A DNA stretch of 41,509 nt, taken from the IMG/VR virus record IMGVR_UViG_3300035493_000027; one strand, given 5' to 3'. Under the pieces are notes generated by a model that was not told where the DNA came from, did not search any database, and saw nothing but the letters and a program-made list of their open reading frames with translations. Both the position numbers and the translations under genes were made by a program. The stretch comes from a virus. Below are positions 1 through 8,783 of this stretch, piece after piece; the first letter of the stretch is position 1, and every line of letters begins with the position of its first letter.

Positions 1-127
1 GCAAGGCGGCCCCTTCTGTTTCTGCGGCTGAAACCAACAAGCAACCCCAAGAGGCCAGCAAGCGCGTGGAGAAGACCGGCAGCGGCCTCGTGATCGTTTA
101 CCACTAAGAGGAGAACCAAATGGCTGA
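1..127. repeat. Assembly circularisation overlap: nt 1-127 identical to nt 41383-41509
   Basis: Both window ends read gcaaggcggcccc...gagaaccaaatggctga. The same 127-mer also occurs at 41209-41335 because of the 174-bp tandem duplication. Nt 1-107 carry the 3' part of the second copy of the 53-aa ORF. Confidence 0.9.
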
Positions 128-896
128 AGTCCTGAACACCCAAGGCACCCCGAACAGCGAAGCCCCGGCTGGCCACGATGCAGCCATGGCCGCTGCAGTT
201 GACCAGAAGAACGCCGAGCTGGCGAACCTGGGCAACGACGCGCCGAAACCGCAAGAGCCTCTGCTGGGCAAGTTCCAGTCCGTCGACGATCTGGCCAAGG
301 CGTATCAGGAGCTGGAGCGCAAGCTGGGCCAGAAGCCCCAGGAACCGGCCAAGCCGGATGTCACCGACATGACCCCCGAGAAGCTCGACGAGCTGGCCCA
401 GAAGAACGGCTTCGACATCGAGGAGATGTCTGCCCACTACGAGGCCAACGGCGGTCTGTCCGAAGACCACTACGCCCAACTGGAGAAGGATGGCATCCCG
501 CGTGCCTACGTCGACCAGTACATCGCTGGCGTGGAAGCTGAGGCCGAGCGCGCCCGTGACGCCATCTTCCAAGAGGTCGGCGGCGAGCAAGCCTTCCAGG
601 CCATGTCGCAGTGGGCACTGGCCAACCTGAGCAAGGAAGACCTGAACCGCTACAACCTGGCTGTCGAGAGCGGCGACATGGACACCGTGCGCAGTGCCGT
701 GATGTCCCTGGCGTACCGCTACCAGAAGGCAGTCGGCTCCGATCCGAAGCTGGTCAATGGCCAGAACGGTGGCGGTGCCGGTGGTTACGAGTCCCTGGCT
801 CAACTGACCGCAGCAATGCAAGACCCCCGCTATGAGAAAGACCCGGCCTACCGCCGCGAGGTAGAGGCCCGTCTGGCTCGTTCCAACATCTTCTGA
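120..896 (+). CDS. Capsid assembly scaffolding protein (T7 gp9-like)
   Basis: Lies between portal and capsid. Acidic protein with a C-terminal DPRY..YRREVE..SNIF block like the T7 gp9 C-terminus as I recall it. RBS GAGGAG 6 nt upstream. Confidence 0.85.
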   Translation: MAEVLNTQGTPNSEAPAGHDAAMAAAVDQKNAELANLGNDAPKPQEPLLGKFQSVDDLAKAYQELERKLGQKPQEPAKPDVTDMTPEKLDELAQKNGFDIEEMSAHYEANGGLSEDHYAQLEKDGIPRAYVDQYIAGVEAEAERARDAIFQEVGGEQAFQAMSQWALANLSKEDLNRYNLAVESGDMDTVRSAVMSLAYRYQKAVGSDPKLVNGQNGGGAGGYESLAQLTAAMQDPRYEKDPAYRREVEARLARSNIF

Positions 897-904
897 GGTG
901 AACC

Positions 905-1102
905 ATGATCGAAACTGTCCTCGAAAACTGGGACGGCATCCTGGCAGTCATCGTGGCTGCCCATGCCATGGCCCTGGCCATCGTCAACCTGACCCCGACC
1001 CCGAAAGACGACGAGATCGTGGGCAAGGTCTACAAGGTCGTCGAAGCGCTCGCTGGCGTTGTCACCCGCAAGGCCAAGGAGCTGCCCGGCGAGAAGCTGT
1101 GA
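905..1102 (+). CDS. Small single-pass membrane protein (holin/antiholin candidate)
   Basis: 65 aa with one hydrophobic helix (GILAVIVAAHAMALAIVNL) and a charged C-terminal tail. Immediately upstream of the spanin pair; its stop overlaps the next start (GTGA). Confidence 0.5.
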   Translation: MIETVLENWDGILAVIVAAHAMALAIVNLTPTPKDDEIVGKVYKVVEALAGVVTRKAKELPGEKL

Positions 1103-1335
1103 AGGCGTTCCTCAAGGCGCTCCAGTCGATCCTCCAACTAGCCACCATGGTGCTCACCCTCCTGCGTGACGACAAGTTGCGCCAGGAAGGTGAGCGCAAG
1201 GTGCGCCTGGAGGCGATGGAGGCCGAGCAACAGCGCCGTGGAGAAGCCCATGAGATTGACCTGCAGGTGGCTCGTGGTGGCCTGTCTGACGCTGATCTTG
1301 AGCGGATGCGCCGCTACCAACGCGCCAGTCGATGA
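1099..1335 (+). CDS. i-spanin candidate (Rz-like); GTG start
   Basis: GTG at 1099 overlaps the preceding stop. Short N-terminal hydrophobic segment (ILQLATMVLTLL) followed by a charged, coiled-coil-like region. Contains the start of the o-spanin gene in another frame. The alternative ATG at 1147 would remove the hydrophobic segment. Confidence 0.5.
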   Translation: MKAFLKALQSILQLATMVLTLLRDDKLRQEGERKVRLEAMEAEQQRRGEAHEIDLQVARGGLSDADLERMRRYQRASR

Positions 1336-1441
1336 GTGCTCCTGGGTGAAGCCTATCAGTTGGCATGAAGACGACACCCCGACGACCAAGCAGGAGGTCT
1401 TCGCCCACAACCTCAAGTGGGAGAAGTTCTGCCTCCGGTAA
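1250..1441 (+). CDS. o-spanin lipoprotein (Rz1-like), overlapped architecture
   Basis: 63 aa. Signal peptide with lipobox LSGC (MRLTCRWLVVACLTLILSGC), mature part Pro/Thr/Cys-containing. Starts inside the 1099..1335 ORF in the +1 frame and extends beyond it. GGAG lies 6 nt upstream of the ATG. Confidence 0.75.
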   Translation: MRLTCRWLVVACLTLILSGCAATNAPVDECSWVKPISWHEDDTPTTKQEVFAHNLKWEKFCLR

Positions 1442-1462
1442 TTACCACACAGTTATGGAGAA
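1440..1462 (+). promoter_or_regulatory. Phage RNAP promoter, M1 family (AATTACCACACAGTTATGGAGAA)
   Basis: 23-nt motif repeated 9 times in intergenic positions. Layout AATTA-NNN-CACA-N5-GGAGA parallels the T3/K11 promoters (AATTAACCCTCACTAAAGGGAGA, AATTAGGGCACACTATAGGGAGA). Predicted +1 is G1457, followed by a 5' stem-loop GGAGAAC/GTTCTCC (1457-1476). Confidence 0.85.
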
Positions 1463-1500
1463 CAAGATCGTTCTCCGATCTCTCCTGTTGGTTGGTACTT

Positions 1501-1531
1501 CGGGGCTGACTTCCTGTCGGCCTCGCTTTTT
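1501..1531 (+). terminator. Attenuator-like hairpin plus T-run in the capsid leader
   Basis: CGGGGCTGAC-ttcct-GTCGGCCTCG (10 bp with two G-U pairs), followed by C and TTTTT. Sits between promoter 1440 and tRNA-Asn. Confidence 0.45.
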
Positions 1532-1654
1532 CCCAGGATTCCATCGCCCCCAAGCCTCTGGCCGGGTTCCCCGTCACCCGCGTATCTAAGGCCACGCTCA
1601 AATCGTGGGGCCGCTAGGCAGCTTGCTCCGTCTGCCGAATCACGGAGCCTTCAC

Positions 1655-1730
1655 TGGTATGTAGCTCAGATGGTAGAGCACCCGGCTGTTAACCGGGCGG
1701 TCGCAGGTTCGAGTCCTGCCGTGCCAGCCA
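1655..1730 (+). tRNA. tRNA-Asn (anticodon GTT)
   Basis: Manual cloverleaf. Acceptor TGGTATG/CGTGCCA, D arm GCTC-AGATGGTA-GAGC, anticodon arm CCCGG-CTGTTAA-CCGGG, T arm GCAGG-TTCGAGT-CCTGC, discriminator G and encoded CCA. Confidence 0.9.
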
Positions 1731-2018
1731 AACCCCATAGAGAAGGAGGTGATCCTGTATCTCCGGGTGCAGCTACGGAAACTGCACAAGCCCTAGCACG
1801 TCGTGATGACGTTACTGGGCAACCCCCCTACCTCGAACGACGAGTGCCCCAAGTCGCACTGGCAGCAAAGCCGGTGACTTAGCACCCAAAGCATTTCATG
1901 CACGAGCCTCGGCCCAACTGGCCCACCTGCGGGTGGAGCTGGAAGGACAACCTTGTGCGCAGCGCGTGGATGGCTGCTGGGAGCAACCCACTCTCATCAA
2001 TCGTTCACGAGGTAACAA

Positions 2019-2972
2019 ATGGCTGACGCTATCGTTTCGCGTCTGGGTCAGATCAACGGCAGCGGCGCTGTCGATGCTCTGTTCCTGAAAGTGTTTGCTG
2101 GTGAAGTTCTGACCAGCTTCGAGAAGACCAACGTGATGATGGGCAAGCACCAAGTGCGAACCATCGCCAACGGCAAGTCTGCTCAATTCCCGGTAATGGG
2201 CCGCGCGAGCGCCTACTACCACACTCCGGGCCAGGAGATTCTGGGCGGCACCCTGAAGCACGCCGAGAAGGTCATCACTATTGATGAACTCCTGATCGCT
2301 CCGACCTTCATCGCCAACATCGACGAGGCGAAGAACCACTACGACGTTCGCTCGGTTTACACCCGCGAGATGGGTGCCAAGCTGGCGAACACCATGGACA
2401 AGCACATCCTGCAAACTGGTGTGCTGGCTGCCCGCACCGCCAAGACCATCAACGACCCGGATCAGTTCGGTGGCACCACCATCAACAACGTGGTCGCTGA
2501 TAACGGCGATGCCCTGGCAGACGCCATGTTCGAGGCTGCTCGCATCCTCGACGAGAAGGACGTACCGGCTGACGAGCGCTACCTGTTCGTGCGCCCGGCT
2601 CAGTTCTACGCCCTGGCGAAGTCGACCAAGGTTCTGAACCGCGACTGGGGTGGCGAAGGTTCTTACGCTGGCGGCAACGTGATCCGCGTTGCTGGCATCA
2701 CCATCGTCAAGACCAACAACCTGCCGAACACCGTTGTCGCTGCAGGTTCCCTGGACGCTGGCACTGGTGACAAGTACGCCGGTGACTTCTCCAAGACTGT
2801 CGGTCTGGTGATGCACCCGTCGGCAATCGGCACTGTGAAGCTGCTCGACCTGGGCATGGAGTCCGAGTACCAAATCGCTCGTCAAGGCACCCTGATGGTT
2901 GCCAAGTACGCGGTTGGTCACGGCGTCCTGCGCCCGGAGGCTGCAGTGGAACTGTCGAGCGCAACTGCGTAA
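2019..2972 (+). CDS. Major capsid protein (T7 gp10-like)
   Basis: ALFLKVFAGEVLTSFEKT, GKSAQFPVMGR, EKVITIDELL, NHYDVRS and GHGVLRPEAA blocks match T7 gp10A as recalled. RBS GAGG upstream. Confidence 0.95.
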   Translation: MADAIVSRLGQINGSGAVDALFLKVFAGEVLTSFEKTNVMMGKHQVRTIANGKSAQFPVMGRASAYYHTPGQEILGGTLKHAEKVITIDELLIAPTFIANIDEAKNHYDVRSVYTREMGAKLANTMDKHILQTGVLAARTAKTINDPDQFGGTTINNVVADNGDALADAMFEAARILDEKDVPADERYLFVRPAQFYALAKSTKVLNRDWGGEGSYAGGNVIRVAGITIVKTNNLPNTVVAAGSLDAGTGDKYAGDFSKTVGLVMHPSAIGTVKLLDLGMESEYQIARQGTLMVAKYAVGHGVLRPEAAVELSSATA

Positions 2973-2974
2973 GC

Positions 2975-2995
2975 AACTATCCACCATCGCATAGG
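2975..2995 (+). promoter_or_regulatory. M2 motif copy (AACTATCCACCATCGCATAGG), function unknown
   Basis: Member of a conserved intergenic motif family (see findings). Starts 3 nt after the capsid stop. Its 3' end forms the left arm of the terminator hairpin. Confidence 0.6.
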
Positions 2996-3025
2996 AGGGC
3001 CAGAAATGGCTCTCCTATTTTTTTC
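2991..3025 (+). terminator. Hairpin plus T-run terminator after the capsid gene (T-phi analogue)
   Basis: ATAGGAGGGCC-agaaat-GGCTCTCCTAT (11 bp, one G-U) followed by TTTTTTTCTT. Confidence 0.7.
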
Positions 3026-3038
3026 TTATGGGGGTTCC

Positions 3039-3614
3039 ATGATTTCTCCAACCACTGAGCTGGAAGCCATCAACACGATGCTCTCCACCATCGGTGAAGC
3101 CCCGATCAGTACCGTAGAGGACAGCGGCGTAATCGACGCAGTGATGGCCCGCCAGATCCTCCGTTCGGTTGACCGGGAAGTCCAGGCCAGGGGCTGGCAC
3201 TGGAACACCGATAAGGGCTACCCACTGACCCCGAACCAAGAGGGTGAGTGCGAGCTACCCATCGGGGTACTCCGCTGCGACACGGTCAGTCCTGACGACC
3301 AGATCGACGTGGTGGTTCGTGGCAAGCGACTCTACGACCGCCGCAACCACACCTACCAGATCAACAAGGCGGTGCGGGTGGACATGGTGACCCAGCTTCC
3401 CTTCGAGGAGCTGCCGGAAGCCGCCCGCCAGTACATCACCATCCGTGCCTCCCGCATCTTCCAAGAGCGCGTCCTGGGTTCAGTCGAGCTGTCCAGCTTC
3501 TCGACCGTCGACGAAACCCGCGCCCTGGTGACCCTCAAGGAGATGGAAGCAGACACGGCTGACTACAACATCCTGTCCGACAACTACTCGGTCTTCCGGG
3601 TACTGGATCGCTAA
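3039..3614 (+). CDS. Tail tubular protein A (T7 gp11-like)
   Basis: N-terminal ELEAINTMLSTIGEAPISTVED matches the gp11 [21 protein letters not shown] block. The longer ORF start at 3006 lies in the terminator loop and would translate the T-run, so ATG 3039 is preferred; 3006 remains possible. Confidence 0.85.
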   Translation: MISPTTELEAINTMLSTIGEAPISTVEDSGVIDAVMARQILRSVDREVQARGWHWNTDKGYPLTPNQEGECELPIGVLRCDTVSPDDQIDVVVRGKRLYDRRNHTYQINKAVRVDMVTQLPFEELPEAARQYITIRASRIFQERVLGSVELSSFSTVDETRALVTLKEMEADTADYNILSDNYSVFRVLDR

Positions 3615-3616
3615 CC

Positions 3617-6013
3617 ATGAGCCTGATCTCCACGACCATTCCCAACTTGGTGAATGGGGTGAGTCAGCAGCCCTATGCGATGCGTCTGGCCTCTCAATGC
3701 CAGGAGCAAATCAACGCCCACTCATCTGTGGTCGAAGGGCTGCGGAAGCGCCCCGGTACTCGCCATCTGGCCAAGCTGCCCAACATTACCGGCAGCCTGT
3801 TCATCCATACCATCAACCGCGACGCTGTCGAGCAGTACATCGTCATCATCCAGAACGGCAACCTTCGCGTGTTCGACCTGAACGGCGTGGAGAAGACCGT
3901 GACGTTCCCCAACGGCAAGACCTACCTGTCCTCGGCCAACCCGGCAGAGGAGTTCCGGTGCGTCACCGTTGCGGACTACACCTTCGTGCTGAACACCAAG
4001 GTCGCCACCAAGGAATCCACCACGCTGACCCCTAGCCGTCCCTACGAGGCTCTGGCCTGGGTCAAGCAAGGTGCCTACGGGGCCAAGTACATCCTGACGG
4101 TGGATGGTAAGACGGCCAGCTTCACGGCACCTGATGGTTCCCAGGCTGCGCACGTCAACCAAGTCACCACCGATCACATCGCCACCCAACTCACCAGCGG
4201 CATCAGCTCTGCGCTAGGCACAGGCTGGTCTGTTGTCCGGTATGGCTCGACGATCCACATCAAGCGTAACGATGGGGCTGCCTTCACGATCAGCTCCGAT
4301 GACTCCATCGGGGACAATGGCCTGGAGGTCATCGCCCAGAAGGCCCAGCGGTTCTCGAACCTCCCGGCCCGCGCAGTGGCTGGCTTCACGGTGGAGATCG
4401 TGGGCGACCAGTCGTCCTCGTTCGACAACTACTACGTCAGCTATGACGTGACCGGCACCGGCACCAGCCAGGGTGTCTGGAAGGAGACCCTCAAGGGAGG
4501 CGAGTCGGTCGGCCTGGACGCGGCCACCATGCCGCATGTGCTGATCCGCAACGCTGACGGGACGTTCACCTTCAAGCGCGCCGATTGGGAGAACCGGAAG
4601 GTAGGTGATCTGGACAGCAACCCGCTGCCGTCCTTCGTCGGGCGACCGCTCAACGACATCTTCTTCCACCGTAACCGCCTGGGGTTCATCAGCGACGAGA
4701 ACATCGTCTTCTCCCGCTCCGGTGAGTACTTCACGTTCTTCCGGGGCACGGCAACGTCGACCCTGGACACCGATCCCATCGACATCGGGGTGTCCCACGT
4801 CAAGGTCTCGATCCTGCGCCATGCGGTGCCGTTCAACGAGACCATGCTGCTGTTCAGCGACAAGACGCAGTTCCAGCTCGGGAACGCTGACGTGCTCACC
4901 CCAGACACGATCTCGGTGAATCAGACGACGGAGTACGAATGCTCTCTCCGTGCAAAACCTGTGGGGGCCGGGCGATACATCTACTTCGCGGTCAACCGGG
5001 GCACCTTCACGGGGCTGCGGGAGTACTTCGTGGATGGCGAGACCGAGTCCGAAGACGCGGCTGACATCACCGGCCATGTGCCGAAGTACATCCCAGGTGG
5101 GGTCTTCAAGATCGCTGCCAGCTCCAACGAGGATTGCGTGGCGGTGCTCTCGGATCAGCAGCGCAACTGCGCCTGGGTCTACAAGTACTACTGGAGCAAC
5201 GGCGAGAAGCTGCAGTCGTCTTGGTCGCGCTGGGAGTTCCACCCAAGCGATCAGATCCTCAACTGCGACTTCATCGAGTCCCGCCTGTACTTCGTCATCC
5301 GGCGAAGCGATGGGCTTCACCTTGAGGTCATCAACCTCGAACCTGGGGCAATCGAGCCGAACTGGAACATCGCCGTTCACCTCGACAGCATGGTTACCGA
5401 TCAACGCTGCACGGTGATCTTCGAGGAGAACGACCCGGCCCTGGAGGCGGACGACATCACCCAGGTCACGCTGCCCTACAAGCTACGCGCTGGTGAGACG
5501 GTTCAGTTGGTCACCGCGCCTGGAGGCTCCCGAGTTCCTGGGGTCGTGGTGAGCGACTACACCTTGAACAACAGCGGGACGTTCTCGGTGCTGAGCTTCA
5601 AGGGTGACTGGCGGGGCCAGCCGTTCTACATCGGCAAGCCGTACACCTTCCGCTATCGGTTCTCCACCCTGGTCATCAAGGAGGAGGCCATCGGCGGGGG
5701 CCAGTTGACCATCGGTGAGGGCCGCATCCAGCTCCGCAGAATGTCGGTGCTCTACAACAACGCCGGGTACTTCCGGGCCGAGGTGACGCCGTTCCGCAGG
5801 GATACCTACAGGTACATCTTCTCGGGGCGTGTGGTCGGCTCCGGTCGGAACATCCTGGGCCAAGTGGCTATCGAGGAAGGCAAGTTCAGCTTCCCCGTCA
5901 TGGCCAAGAACGATCAGGTCGAGATCGAACTGGTCAACGACAGCTACCTCCCATGCTTCTTCCTGAGCGCCGAATGGGAGGCGTTCTACGTCATTCGTTC
6001 AAGGAGACTGTGA
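3617..6013 (+). CDS. Tail tubular protein B (T7 gp12-like)
   Basis: 798 aa. N-terminal NLVNGVSQQPYAMRLASQ..EQINAHSSVVEGLRKRPGT is typical of gp12 family proteins. Position after gp11. Confidence 0.93.
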   Translation: MSLISTTIPNLVNGVSQQPYAMRLASQCQEQINAHSSVVEGLRKRPGTRHLAKLPNITGSLFIHTINRDAVEQYIVIIQNGNLRVFDLNGVEKTVTFPNGKTYLSSANPAEEFRCVTVADYTFVLNTKVATKESTTLTPSRPYEALAWVKQGAYGAKYILTVDGKTASFTAPDGSQAAHVNQVTTDHIATQLTSGISSALGTGWSVVRYGSTIHIKRNDGAAFTISSDDSIGDNGLEVIAQKAQRFSNLPARAVAGFTVEIVGDQSSSFDNYYVSYDVTGTGTSQGVWKETLKGGESVGLDAATMPHVLIRNADGTFTFKRADWENRKVGDLDSNPLPSFVGRPLNDIFFHRNRLGFISDENIVFSRSGEYFTFFRGTATSTLDTDPIDIGVSHVKVSILRHAVPFNETMLLFSDKTQFQLGNADVLTPDTISVNQTTEYECSLRAKPVGAGRYIYFAVNRGTFTGLREYFVDGETESEDAADITGHVPKYIPGGVFKIAASSNEDCVAVLSDQQRNCAWVYKYYWSNGEKLQSSWSRWEFHPSDQILNCDFIESRLYFVIRRSDGLHLEVINLEPGAIEPNWNIAVHLDSMVTDQRCTVIFEENDPALEADDITQVTLPYKLRAGETVQLVTAPGGSRVPGVVVSDYTLNNSGTFSVLSFKGDWRGQPFYIGKPYTFRYRFSTLVIKEEAIGGGQLTIGEGRIQLRRMSVLYNNAGYFRAEVTPFRRDTYRYIFSGRVVGSGRNILGQVAIEEGKFSFPVMAKNDQVEIELVNDSYLPCFFLSAEWEAFYVIRSRRL

Positions 6014-6477
6014 TGCTCACCGTTCGACGAGCAACCCATGAGGATGCCGTCGATATGGCACCGCGTCTTCGCCAAGCTGACCTTCGAGAACTCCAAGCAG
6101 TGGGGCGGAAAGATCCCCTGGAAGCCCTGCTGGTTGGGGTCGACTCGCCTGATCCTTGCTTCGTGGCAGTCGATGCGCAGGACAAGCCTCAGATCATCTG
6201 GGGCACCTGCCCATCCGATGAACCCTACCTGGGGTACGTCTGGATGATGGCCACCGACGCCATCAAGGATCACTGGGTTCAGATCCTGCGCGAGACCCGT
6301 CCGTATCTGGCGCGTATCCGAGAGCACTACCGCGTACTGGCCAACGCCGTCCACGCGGAAAACCAAGTCCACATCCGGTGGCTCAAGTGGGCCGGGTTCA
6401 CGTTCCTGCGTGAGTTCGACTTCAACGGCCACAGGTTCTATGAGTTCGCCAAGTTGATTCCCCTGGAGGGACGCTAA
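6013..6477 (+). CDS. Internal virion protein A (T7 gp13-like, DUF2833-type)
   Basis: ATG overlaps the gp12 stop (TGATG), AAGGAG upstream. Size and position match gp13. C-terminal HIRWLKWAGFTF resembles the family as recalled. Confidence 0.65.
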   Translation: MLTVRRATHEDAVDMAPRLRQADLRELQAVGRKDPLEALLVGVDSPDPCFVAVDAQDKPQIIWGTCPSDEPYLGYVWMMATDAIKDHWVQILRETRPYLARIREHYRVLANAVHAENQVHIRWLKWAGFTFLREFDFNGHRFYEFAKLIPLEGR

Positions 6478-7061
6478 TGTGTGATCCCCTTTCCATCACG
6501 ATGGGTGTGATGAGCACGCTATCTGCCGTGGCAGGACATCAACAGCAGTCTGTGGCTGCCAAGATGCAAACCAAGCAGCACGAGCAGAATCAACGCAACG
6601 CCCATGCTGCCCTGCGGGACAGCTATATCGCTATCCAGAACCGCCAGCAGCAAGAGGCCCAAAGCGCTGCCCAGCAGATCGAGGAGCGCCGCCGCGAGTC
6701 GGTACGGCAGATGTCCTCGGCCTATGCAGCAGCCGGTGAGGCTGGAGTCTCTGGCTTCTCCGTCCAGTCAATCCTGGCTGACATCGGCGCTACTGCATCT
6801 CGTGACATCAGCAACATCGAGCAGAACCGCGACTGGACGCTCGACCAGCTCAACTCCGAGATGGCTGGTGCCCGTAACCAGGCCATGGGCCAGATGAACG
6901 CCACCGCTCCTGGCACCCGCCCGAGTGGCTGGGCAACTGCCCTGCAGATCGGTTCGAGCGCTGCCGGAGCCTACGCCAACTACACCACCCGCACCGGCAA
7001 AGACCCGGTGGGCGGCTACTTCGGCAAGAAGTCCACCACGACCACCACCAAGACGACCTAA
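6477..7061 (+). CDS. Internal virion protein B (T7 gp14-like)
   Basis: Begins with MC, Gln-rich coiled region. AAGEAGVSGFSVQSIL parallels the T7 gp14 AIGESMLEGSSMDRI block. Position after gp13-like. Confidence 0.8.
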   Translation: MCDPLSITMGVMSTLSAVAGHQQQSVAAKMQTKQHEQNQRNAHAALRDSYIAIQNRQQQEAQSAAQQIEERRRESVRQMSSAYAAAGEAGVSGFSVQSILADIGATASRDISNIEQNRDWTLDQLNSEMAGARNQAMGQMNATAPGTRPSGWATALQIGSSAAGAYANYTTRTGKDPVGGYFGKKSTTTTTKTT

Positions 7062-7071
7062 GAGGTAACCA

Positions 7072-8775
7072 ATGGACAACGTACCGGGGCTGCGGCCCTC
7101 GACTTCCTCGCGTCCCTCTGTCCGCCAAAAGAGGGGCCGAGTGGTAACCCAGCGGGATACGTCCGCACGAGTAGGTCTAGCCCCGGCTGCGGCTCGGGTC
7201 GACACCTACGTCCGTCCTCAAGCCATCGCCCAGGATAACCGCCTGGGCCAGCTTGCTGACGCGCTCTCCCAACTCAACCCAGCCATCGAGCGTTATGCCG
7301 CTGCTGCGACTCCGAACAAGGAAAAGGAGCAGATGCAGAAGCTGCGGTTCTACACCGAGCAGTTCATGCGCGACAAAGAGTCCGGGGCTGTCTCTGCCAC
7401 CCAGGTGCAGGAGCAGTTCCCCGAGCTGGTTCCCACCGTGGCTGCCCGTATCGCCCAGGCAACGGGCGAGCAAGAGGCCAAGCAATGGGCGCTCGATCAG
7501 GTGCAGGAAGTCCTGCAGAACGACGAGCTGCGCCTGAACACGGCCAACCGCAAGCAGTTCCTCGACAACATCCGCAAGCAAGCCTTCGAGAAAACAGGTG
7601 GCCAGGACTTCTACGGCACCGGCTTCCTCGATCAGGTCGACCGAACCCTCAACGAGTTCGAGACCACTTGGATGCGAGAAACTGCTAAGTACCATCAGGA
7701 ACTCCAGAAGAACTCCTTCTCGGATGCCGTGGTGAACACCCTCAAGTCCGGGGGTGACCTCCTGGCCCTGGACAACGAGTGGAAGCAGTCGTCCTCGCTG
7801 AACAACGTGGAGCGCAACAAGATCATCGTGGACTCGGTGATCGCCCAGGCCATCGCCGACAGCAACCCCAAGATGCTCGACACGGTGCCCACCCGGTTCC
7901 TCAATGCCGAGTCCAAGGCCGAGCTGGCGAAGGTCGGCCAGCAGATCGAAGCTGCCAAGTACTCCGAGTTCGTCCGCGCCAAGGAGATTGCTGAGTTCCA
8001 GCGGTCGCAGAGCATCCGCGCCGGTAAGGCGTCGATCCTGCAGCGTCTGGTCAATGGTGATGCCGTGAACCCGGCTGACTACTACAAGACCCCGGAGCTG
8101 TACGAGTACGCCCTGCGGCTGAACTCCCAGCCCACCCTGGATGCCACCTACAGCACCCGCAATGCTGCCTCGGTGCGCTCCAAGCTGCTCCAGGCGGGAA
8201 CGACCGGCTCCTTCATCCAGGCTTTCGAGGCCGACCCTGAGTTCCTGTACGACTTCCGCCAGGACGGGGACGTGACCGAGGACAAGCTGCGTGACCACAT
8301 CATGTCCCGTAGCGACCTGAACCCCAACGACAAGCAGAAGCTGATCGACGACATCCCAACGCTCATGGGTGGTGTGAACCTACTGCGCGATCAGGAGGTG
8401 ACGACGTACTTCGAGTCGAACCTGGGGGCAGACCTCAAGGTGTTCGCCCAGTCGCCTCAAGCCCAGATTCTGCAGATCCAGGGGGTGAACGCCCAGGGTG
8501 CTGTTCGCTCGACGTTCTTCAACACGCTGGCCTACGAGGTCAACGCCTACATCGAGGAGGAAAATCAGATACCCCGTGGCCGCGCCAAGTTGGAACTGAT
8601 GGAGCGTGCCCGTCAGGCCGCTGAGATGCGCCTCCAGATGCTGCAGAACCGCGCAGTAAACCAGCAACCACAAGCAATCAATAACCCTGCACCTACCCCG
8701 CAAAGGGCTGCGCCGGAAGGCTCGGCCAATACGATCCGTCTACCGAACGGCGTGGAGGTGCGCCGAGTAGAGTGA
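7072..8775 (+). CDS. Internal virion (core) protein C (gp15-like by position)
   Basis: 567 aa, helical and charged. Sits between the gp14-like and gp16-like genes. RBS AGAGGTAA upstream. Confidence 0.65.
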   Translation: MDNVPGLRPSTSSRPSVRQKRGRVVTQRDTSARVGLAPAAARVDTYVRPQAIAQDNRLGQLADALSQLNPAIERYAAAATPNKEKEQMQKLRFYTEQFMRDKESGAVSATQVQEQFPELVPTVAARIAQATGEQEAKQWALDQVQEVLQNDELRLNTANRKQFLDNIRKQAFEKTGGQDFYGTGFLDQVDRTLNEFETTWMRETAKYHQELQKNSFSDAVVNTLKSGGDLLALDNEWKQSSSLNNVERNKIIVDSVIAQAIADSNPKMLDTVPTRFLNAESKAELAKVGQQIEAAKYSEFVRAKEIAEFQRSQSIRAGKASILQRLVNGDAVNPADYYKTPELYEYALRLNSQPTLDATYSTRNAASVRSKLLQAGTTGSFIQAFEADPEFLYDFRQDGDVTEDKLRDHIMSRSDLNPNDKQKLIDDIPTLMGGVNLLRDQEVTTYFESNLGADLKVFAQSPQAQILQIQGVNAQGAVRSTFFNTLAYEVNAYIEEENQIPRGRAKLELMERARQAAEMRLQMLQNRAVNQQPQAINNPAPTPQRAAPEGSANTIRLPNGVEVRRVE

Positions 8776-8783
8776 GGAATTGA

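Noticed and set aside
1670-1882. 70-aa + strand ORF in the capsid leader
   Set aside because: It starts inside the tRNA-Asn and translates the tRNA body. It has no RBS and a low-complexity Ala/Pro-rich product.
1896-2987. Long minus-strand ORFs throughout the window (for example 1896..2987, 4214..5404, 7177..8298, 11046..12422, 15232..16584, 24084..25634, 29388..30728, 39608..41062)
   Set aside because: Each lies antisense to a + strand gene with clear T7-family homology. They are Arg/Gly/Val/Leu-rich, as expected for shadow ORFs in high-GC DNA, and they lack ribosome-binding sites.
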